This document shows positions 54,501 through 64,000 of a stretch of 64,000 nt of DNA, one piece after another. Made by a program: the position numbers and the translations under genes. Source of the DNA: Proteromonas lacertae (lineage: Eukaryota); contig NGBS01000299.1 in NCBI GenBank assembly GCA_002245135.1, positions 124,001-188,000 on the forward strand, written 5' to 3'. How positions within the stretch are numbered: position 1 is the stretch's first letter; each line of letters starts with the position of its first letter. The notes beneath the pieces are model-generated. The model saw only the letters and a program-made list of their open reading frames with translations, did not search any database and was not told where the DNA came from.

Positions 54501-57500
54501 ATGTTGTGTAGGTTGGACCAGTTTTATTTCAAAGAATATTATTTGGTATTATTGAAATGGTGAGATTAGTACAGAATCTTTTAATTGTTACTGATGAACC
54601 ATCATATTTTGCTACTGTAATTAAATTCATCAAAGTCTATTCTTCAAGATTAGGAGTTACTTGTTGTTTAAATGATGTTGTTGATTATCATAATGAAGTT
54701 ACTTCTAGTCAATTAATTAAAGCTATAGATGATGGTTTTTCTACTGTAAATCATGGAGCAATAATACTATTATCAAAAGATTATACTGAAGATGTTTTAG
54801 AAATGATTTATAATTCGAAATACAATAATCATGATGTTTGGCCTGTAATTGCTTATGATGTTGATGAAAAAACGGTCAAAGAATCTACAAACCCTGAAAT
54901 ATGGGAGAATATTTATATTCCAGGAATTTATATGCCAGATAGAGAAAATAATGAAAATGTCATTCTTAGAAGATATTTAAATAAGTTCTATGGTAGGAGT
55001 TATAAAATCCTTACTAATAATATAATGACTATGTATGAATCATTGTTGTTTGTGAAGAATGCAGTTGAAATGACCTATTCAGTTAGTGCTCATATTCTTA
55101 AGAAGGCAATGTATGGTAGAAAGTTTAATACTCCAGAAGGATTAATCGCTCTAAGAGAATCTAATCATTTTGATCATTATGTATCTGTTGGTAAAGTTGT
55201 TAATATTACAGGAGAAATGGAGTTAGTTTCATGGTTTCAATTCAGTGAATCAATTATTCCAACAGTTTATTTACCTTTATTTGAAGGTGGCTATTTCATT
55301 TGCGATGCTAGTAGTGATAATTCTACAGGAAAAACAGTTGAAAAATCAATAACATTTTTGTTTATAGGTAATTATAATAATGAACCTGATGAATCTTTCA
55401 GAATATTGTTAATATTGCAAGGTATGGTGAATAGTGTAAATTCAGAAGGTGGATTGTTTGGTTATACTGTTGTATATTGTTGTTTCTTTATTTTGGTTAA
55501 TAGGAATTAGCTACTCTTACATGTGTGAATAATGAAACTGCTGCTTCAGCTGTTGCTATACAATCTGTTGGTTTAGGATCAGCAATTGTAATGAGTAATT
55601 GTGATTCACATGATCAAAAATTGTTATATGAAGCATTTAAAACTGTTCATTTAACTATTTTATCTTTTGGAGAGAATATAGGAGGAGAATGCATTGAGAA
55701 TATGTATTTTTATTAATCTGTTTATATTTATAGGGTATATGCTCATTCTTCTCCATATCAAGATGTTATCACTACAATGATAGAATTCATTCAAAAAGAA
55801 TATAATTCATATTATCTTATCACTGTGAAAGATCTAAGTTTATATAAAAGATTTGAAGTAGCAGATAAATTTTTAGATGTTTTATCACAGAGATATAATT
55901 ATAGTATTATTGAAGATGCTAATACTGTTGATGATGCATATATTGAAGAAATAGTATATAAGGCAATAGATTTATTTGGTAATGAAGGAGGATTAATATT
56001 TACTTTTTTACCAGCCAATTTAGTCAAAAGACTCATGAGAGTATATAAAATATATACATCAAAGCTATTGTATGAAGGTAATATATTCTTTGCATATTAT
56101 GGTGATTTAAATTATGATGAATTAGCTTATTCTGACTGTATTGGTAATTATATGGTTGCGCATTACAACCCATATAACACAAGTAAAGAGAATATTGCCT
56201 TTAAAACATTGATGGGTGATTCATTTAGAGGATCTGAATATCGCTACTCTGATATATTAGCTTACAGCGTATTTTTGTTATGGAAAAATCTTGTTCTATC
56301 AGCACATCAATTGTCAGTTGAAGCAATAACAAATCAAATGAAAAGTGTGTCAGTTAATTCTCCATTAGGTGTTATTAGCGTTGATGAATCTCAACATTTG
56401 AAACAATCAATTTTCATTATAAATATTGCTGAAGAATATAATGATTCATTAGTTACACATATTTCTCAGAATATTAGTGGAAATCCTTTCTTTGAGGCTT
56501 TTAATTCAGAATCAGTAAGTTTATGTGATTTAGAAATTAGAAAAACTAATAATTACCAACCAAATTTATATTATGTAGGTATATCATTACCATTAGATAA
56601 ATTATCCACTTCAAATGCTATGTATATTTTAAGAGGTGTTTTAAGTGGAATTGAATATGTAAATAGTAAAATATCAAAATCCACTGATTTATATATTGTT
56701 CCATATATTTTGAAAGATGAAAATGATGAAGATTTATATTTAGAATCTGTAGAAGCATATGGTAAATTATTGGCAAAACACAATAATACAATTAGAGGAG
56801 GAATAATTATAGGAAGTGGAACATTATATCTTTTTATAAGTATTTATTTTTACACTTAGTAATTCTTAATTTTATTTACAAATTTTATAAATGCAACAGA
56901 TTTATATGAAGAATATAATATTATATACTTTTTTGTTGGAAGATATCTTGGTGCTACTTGTGAAAAGAATATTGTGTATATGACCGAATCAATCTATAAT
57001 AACGTATATATTATATTTATTATATATATAGTTTGTGTTTATCAATTCAATTGTAAGTTTTGGAAAAGAGACAATATGTATAACATATGATAAATCTGAA
57101 TTGTCAACATCAATTTATACATATTTAAAAACACAATTAGAGAGAATAGGAAAAACTGTAATTGATATTATGTTAAGTGAAGATAGATCTAATACAGATG
57201 GAGCGTTAGTAACATTACCAGTTTTAATGCCAGATGGTGGAGTTATCGTTAGTTTGTTGCAAGGAAAATTGTCGAAAGAATTACTTATATCATTGTACAA
57301 ATATAATCTTCAAGAACCTGATTATCATATAATGTGTTATTTCTATGATTCAATTGTTACTACTTATTATCTAACAGCTCCATTAAATACATATGTTTGG
57401 ACTTATTTTGCTGATACTGATTCTCAACAATATAAATTTATAAACAGTATATTTTCTAATATGTTATATTCTGATGAAAAAGCACTTTTATCATTTGCTG

Positions 57501-60500
57501 TGATGGAATTATGGTGTAATGAAGTTATAATGAATAATAATCGAGATATGAAATATTTACTTCAGAATATGTATGATAAAACATTAAATACAGTAATGGG
57601 TAATATCAAATTTGAAACATCTAATACTATTAGTAATACACTTAGTCTTTTCTATTTTAATGGAAAACTAAACGTGTATTATGATTCTAGCTATTATGTT
57701 AGAGTCACTGTTTATAACTTTTATAGTGAGAAAGTTTTAACGTGTGATTGGATAAAAAATAAAGATACAGGTGGTATAAATGAAAAAAGAATTATTAAAA
57801 TAGCATTATTACATAGTGTGTATGGAAGTGAAGCACCATTTGCTAGAACTTGGTTTTTAGGTTTTGAAATAGCAGCACAATACATTAATCAAATAATTAC
57901 TAATTCCATTTTAGTAATAAAAGTGTTTAATGATGATTCTGATATATCTAAAAGAAGGCAACAGTTAGAACTTATATATGAAGAATATAGTGATGTAGAA
58001 GTGATTTTTGGATGTAGAACTTATCAATGTTTATATCAAGTCGAAGATATTATTAAAAGACATCCAGATAAGTTATTTATTAGTACAGCAAGAAGTGTAG
58101 GAATGAAATGTAATAAGAACATAATTATAACTGGAGGAACACCAAATCAATTCTTAGAACCTGCTATTAATCATGCAATATCATTTGATAAATATTCAAA
58201 ACTGTATTTCATTGGTATGAATGATACATTCTGTCATACTTTATATGATATGATGCAATCTATATATGGAGGATTAATTAAAGTAGCTGGTGCATTTTTC
58301 GTTGAAGACACTCAATATGTTGTTGATGTATCAAAATTGTATGAAGCAAAAGATGCGTTAGGTGATTCTGGTTTATTTATAGTTGCATTATCATCGTCAA
58401 TCCTTATTAATTTTGTAAAATCCTTCAACAAATATCAATTTGATAAACAGAAATATGGTATTTTTACATTAATCAATGAACCAAATGAATTAATTCAAAA
58501 TGTTTCACCAGAAGAATATGAAAATATATATTTCATTGGTTCATATTTTAAAGGAATGGAAACAAATTATTCTGATGTGATATATTATTATATGTCTAAT
58601 AATAATTATAGTGTATCATTCACAAAATCATTTCAAACGTTTATGTTATGGAGTGATTCATATTTTGATTTGAATAAGACAAATCCAACAGTTGATGAAA
58701 TGAGAAAAAGAATGTATGTTACTCCAATTAAAGGAATCAGAAATAGAGTGCAATTACATACCAATAATTATTTAATTCAATCAGTTTTAACAATCCAAAT
58801 GCAAAAAGATGGAACATATGATATAATTGTACCAGAATCTGATCTTATTATCCCTAGAGATTTTGATATACTTTATGAGAAATCATACAATTGGAAATGT
58901 GACTTTAACACTGGAGAAATTGTACATGACGATGTTAGAATGATTCTATTTGCTTTGTCTTTATCTGGTGAAGATAATGATTATTATAAAGGAGTAGTAA
59001 GTGTTATTGAGATATTCATTAATACTGCATCTAATGAGAATATCTTACCATATCTATTATCTTACATAGTGAAAGATATTAAATCTGATGATGATACTTG
59101 TATTAACGTTATTAATCAATATAAATCAAAAGTAATAGCAGTTTTTGGTACACCAACAAAACTGTGTGCTGAATCAATTGATTTTGATGATAGTAATGTT
59201 TTATTCTTCAATTTTGGTATAAGATCTGGAGATGTATGCAAAAGAAATTATTTTTACACTTATTTGGATATATCTCAATACAGTGAACCAATAAGTTCAA
59301 TTGCATATACTAATACGAATGGAATAGCTGTAATTGGATGGGAAAGACATGCTAGTTATGTTGCTGATTTATTAAATACATTATTATCTGATATATTATG
59401 GGTAAAATATGTAACAATTAATACTGATCCGTATGAAATTTTAAATGATCCAAGTGTAACTATTCATGCAGATATGGCAATTATATATTGTGGGCCATAT
59501 GATTTTAATAGAGCATTCCAAAAAGTATTAATGGAAAAAGGATATGGAATAGGTGACATAGAATACATTTCATTTACTGATAGTATGAGTAATATTGATG
59601 GATTAGATCTAACTACATATTATTATTCACCTTACTTTTTAGAAATTGAAAGTGAGAGTAATAAGAGATTTAGTAATTTGATTACTAATTTAGTAGGTAG
59701 TTTAGATTTATCTTTTGAAATGGAAGTATTGTATACTAGTGTATATTTTATATCTTTCACCTATATATTTTTTTATAGTTGGTTATGTATTATAAAGTAC
59801 TTCAAATTGTCATTGATACAGATAATAGTAATGCAATTCTTAATGAACTATTAGCTCTTAGTTTTGATTCTCCAGAAGGTGTTGTTTCATTCACAAAAGA
59901 CCATCACTTGAAACATTCCATTAGAAATTTTGATGTTATGAAAGGTGGATTAGGTAGTTATGAAAGTAGTTTTGTATCAGGAGAAGCATTTTTATATAAC
60001 TATTCTTTACCAACACATAGATTCTGTATATTTGATAAGAATCTGCCAGTGATAAATAGCAAAGAAGTTAATTATTTTGCTTTAGTATTATCTAATTTTG
60101 ATAGTGAATATTACCTATTACATGCTGCTTTATATGCTGTAAATGTGATTAATAGGGATGGTGGATTAGGTGGTAATTATATAGGATTAAAAACCTATTA
60201 TTGTTCATATGAATATGAGGATTGTTATAATCATATATTACAGTATCAAATTGATGAAAATGTCCTATTTATTATTGTTGGAAATAGTGATGATGCACTT
60301 TATTATTATTACGATAAAATGAGAAAAAATAATGAAACTGAGTATTTTCTAATCGATTTTCCTCAATCAAGTCATAATCTTTGTAATGATTTAGGATTTC
60401 ATTTTTCTGCTACTGAAAATCAAATAGCAGAATCTGTTGGTGTATCTTTCAGTAGAAACTGGAATTAGAGTGTTCATAGTATATTCTGATAGATATAAAT

Positions 60501-63500
60501 CTTTAATGGAATATGCTAAATCTTATTATACTAGATATAATATGAATATCTGTGGTAGTTCTATACTAAATGATGTGAATAATATTGATTATGTACTTGA
60601 TTTAATAACAGTGAATGATGCGACTACCATATTAGATTTTACTGATTTAGAAGTATCTACTCTTTTCAGAAGAAGTTATTGTGAATTGATACTAGACTCA
60701 ATAAAATATCCAATCATTGGCATTTATCATGAAAGTGAATATTTTGCTGTTCCTTCAGAATGTTTAATTGGTCATTATTATGTGACTACATTCCATGAAA
60801 CACTTGGTAATTCTGGCCAACCACAAGGTGTACCAACCCCAATAACTGCAAATACTTTTGTTGTTGATATGAAAGGATATATAGGAAAGAATGAAGCTAT
60901 TCTACCAATAACAGAGCAATTATATTCAGCAATGAGTAGTTTTGGTCAAATATATAAAGAGATATATACAAATGATCCAACAGTAGTTCGTAAATCATTA
61001 ATCAATAGATTCTTTAATACACCAAGTGGTGGTATGTCTATATCTGATTCATATTTTGTTGAGAGAAGAATTTGGGCTGTTCATTATACAAATGATGGTC
61101 CAGAATTAGTATATTGTATAGATGTAGCAATTGCTCCAGATATATTTAATTTATATGATAGTAATAAATATGGATCAACGTGTGTATTAGATGATAATTA
61201 TAAAACAATAATTGTAAAACAGAGGACAAAATTATTATTATTCTATCATGAGTTTACTGGTTATGATCAATTAAATGAAATTACAAGAGCAATGTTAGAA
61301 GAAGTGGTTGTTAACCAGATGAATAGAGATAAAGTATTTCCACATATTACATTAATTCCAAAATTCGTCTTTGGTTATATAGATAATTTTTATTTAGAAA
61401 AACAATCAAAAGAGTATTTATTCAATGAAGATGTTATAGGTGTATTTGGATGTACAACTCCATTCTGTAGAAATGGTGTAGCTAAATCATATGATGAAGA
61501 AAGGAAATTGTTCTTTTATACTGGTTATAATGAAGGAGAAACTTGTTCAAAGTATATATTGAATTTTGGAAGCTTACCAAATCAAAAATTAGATGCAATT
61601 TTCACATATGCTAAGAGAAGTGATATTGTTACATTTTTGTTGCTTGCCAATGAGGATGAATATTCTTCACTCTATATTAATCAAACTTTACAATATATTG
61701 ATAATAATAATAACTCATTGTTAGGTGTTTGTAGATTCGATATGTATGATAAGAAGAAAAATGTGAGTGGTTTAAATGATTGTATTAATTATTATTTCTA
61801 TAACAACTTAATAAATGGGAGATTAGCTGTCTTGACATTCTATTATGGAGATTCTTTAACAAATTACATACAGTATTTAATAGATGGTAAATTTAATCCA
61901 AGACAAGCTGTTCATTTTCTTTTATTCTTTGATAGAAATTCATTGAAAAGAATGAATTTGGGAATCTTACAAAATAGTTATATAGTAACATTATATGAAC
62001 CAAGTATAGTATCTGATGAAAATAATTTATATACCATGACAATGAAGAATGAAATATATCACAATATATATGTTTCTGAGAATATGGAAATTACATACAC
62101 TGCAATGAAGTTTTGGAAAGAGATGAGTTTAACGGCAATGAGTAGAAATGGTGGAGTTATTCCAAATCAAGAATATATGCGTATGTTATCTAAAGAAATA
62201 TTGTCACAGTCACCATCATGTTCTGTTAGTTTAAAGAGATCAAATTTTATAACAAATTGTCCTTATATATTACAAGTAACTGAAGATGGTAAAGCAATTC
62301 AAGTATATCCTACATCTGGTGAACAAGTGATGATTGATCCAAAACCATATGTGAATGATGAAGATACAAAAGAAAAGTGTTCATTTGGTAAACTAGAATC
62401 TATATATGATTATCCTTATGGTGTTGTTTTAACAATAAGGATTATTTATTACATTTTAATGGCAGTGATATTGTTACTGATAATATTTATAAAGAAATAT
62501 GATACTACAAGAATTATTAGATTATCATCTCCTCCATTTTTATACAGTATATTAGCTGGATTGTTGTTTTTATCAACAACTTCGTTATTCTTTACATTTA
62601 GGCCAAAAGATCAACCATGGGTATGTGATGCGAGAGTATGGTGCTTATCTTTGTCAATTTGTATTGTGTTTGGTATTTTACTAACAAAAGCGTGGAGAAT
62701 TCACAAGTTATTCAACAATCAACAATTGAAGAAAGTTACTATATCAAATACACAATTGTTTAGAATGGTAGGAATAATTGTAGTTGTTCAATGTGTTTAT
62801 ATAATGATATGGTGGCTTGTTGATCCATCTCATGAAACTTACAACATTAATGATGGCTATTCATCATATTGGGAAGATGTGTATATATCAGAATGTACTG
62901 AATCATATCCCTTTATAGTGATAGAATTATTACTGATGATTGCATTCATGTGTTGGGGTGCTCATCTTGCATGGAAAGTAAGAAGAGCAAGTGAAGAATT
63001 TAATGAGTCAATTTCATTAGCATTTACTGTTATTGGTATTTTATTCATTGGTTTTATATGTATAATACTGAATTTTATGCTTGAATCTGAACCACCAACT
63101 TTAATGATTATTAGAGGTATAGGTATTGAATTAGGTGTTGTGATTATTATATTCTTCCAGTTTATAACTAAAATGATCAATGTTTATGCTGAAATATATG
63201 GTGACAGTACTACTTTTGTTAATGGATCAACTGAACTTTCATCAAGAGCATCTAAAAAGATAAAGAAATCAATAATTCAATCAACAAGATATAGTAAAAC
63301 TGTTTCAAGAGATGTAAAAATATTCTGTGTTAATCCATATAAATCAACTGATTATAAAGATCTAGCAACTTCCATGTTACCATATATTAAGTATCTAGAT
63401 CCTGATTTAATGAAAGTAGGAGATGCAGATATTGATGATAAAATGGAGATATTTGATCCAAGAAGTTCTTTAGGAGGTTATCATAAATCTTTAGTTAGAG

Positions 63501-63700
63501 TTTCCTGCTTGAATCCTACTCCTAGTAATACAGCTCCTATAAATCTTAATACTAGTCGTAAAGATAATAATGCTAGTAATATTACAATTCCTAATAGTAA
63601 TGCTACAAGTGTATCAAACCTTAATCGAACTTGTCCTTCAACCATATCTTTGAAATTAGTTCCTGTTCCTGAATTAGATTTTGAGGAGATGAAAAAGTAG
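51508..63700 (+). CDS. Giant class C (7tm_3)-like GPCR, ~3,900 aa, with about nine tandem UrtA/AmiC-like periplasmic-binding domains; +1 frameshift near 60440
   Basis: Signal peptide, 13 introns. The 7TM carries class C motifs IIRLSSPPFLYSILAG, CDARVW, ILLTKAWRIHKLF, LAWKVR...FNES. Repeats carry IFGC...[E/G]GxxCxxNIxxxGxxPNQ. Confidence 0.88.
54319..54375 (+). other. U12-type-like AT-AA intron (57 nt, phase 2) in GPCR repeat 3
   Basis: Donor ATATCTTTT, branch TTCTTAAT with its A 11 nt from the end, terminal TGTAA. Removal restores the frame CFITSLS-AEMAAS. Confidence 0.72.
56826..56879 (+). other. U12-type AT-AC intron (54 nt, phase 2) in GPCR repeat 5
   Basis: Donor ATATCTTTT, branch TTCTTAAT with its A 10 nt from the end, terminal TTTAC. 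Removal deletes in-frame TAG TAA and gives IIGSGTL-NFINATD. Confidence 0.85.
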
Positions 63701-64000
63701 GGAGATATAACCTAATATTATATATTATTTTGATTATTAATGTTTTTTTTAAATTTAGGGTGTTTCAAAATTTTTATTCTCCCTACTCCACACCCCACTT
63801 AAAAGGCGGGATATTTCTTTCTTTTTTATAATTGTAATGAGAATTGTCTTAAGCTTGTTTATTCGTATATTAATTACAGTAACACTCATTATATTTTTTA
63901 GTCTCTCTTTGTGTTTTTACACTTGTAAAAGCTCAAGAAAATGCAAATGGCAACAAAAAAGAAGGAAATGAAGCCAACAATAATTCAAATGGACAACAGC

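Noticed and set aside
60442..60479. GTATCTTTC as a U12 GT-AG donor explaining the GPCR frameshift
   Set aside because: There is no branch motif and no phase-compatible acceptor. A shifted donor would delete the YLSVETGIR segment, which fits the fold.
2634..63180. Many 60-146 aa antisense or overlapping ORFs in the ORF track
   Set aside because: They are shadows of real genes or intron read-through in AT-rich DNA (I/Y/F-rich), with no motifs.
63754..63810. TTTAGGG and a GC-rich patch as a telomeric repeat or ncRNA
   Set aside because: There is only a single copy and no recognisable tRNA or snRNA structure. It is probably promoter sequence of the next gene.
63941..64000. Start of another CDS at the window edge
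   Set aside because: Only 20 codons are visible and two frames are open, so it cannot be called.

Overview
AT-rich, gene-dense eukaryotic DNA in the standard genetic code, with very short GT-AG introns (about 23-45 nt, donor usually GTAT). The gene set (CDPK, PTEN-type formin, a probable flagellar protein) and the intron style suggest a stramenopile protist, possibly a Blastocystis relative such as Proteromonas; this assignment is inference only. I spliced about 28 genes by hand. Main points: (1) a ~3,900-aa class C-like GPCR whose ectodomain is about nine tandem UrtA/AmiC-like periplasmic-binding (Venus flytrap) modules; (2) three minor-spliceosome-like introns, one AT-AC and two AT-AA, all with an ATATCTTTT donor, two of them at the homologous position in two receptor repeats; (3) an 11-copy tandem array of an uncharacterised, probably EF-hand-derived family, with a pseudogene, a relic fragment, mosaic intron loss, and a 12th member head-to-head with the giant GPCR; (4) a recurrent TCGTTT/AAACGA motif just upstream of start codons; (5) a formin with a PHD finger missed by the ORF track. 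Housekeeping-type genes include RFT1, CTNNBL1, SURF2, TMEM62-like, EXD2, PP2C, CDPK and a lidless Hsp70. Four single-base frameshifts are probably assembly errors. All domain calls come from motif recognition, not database searches.
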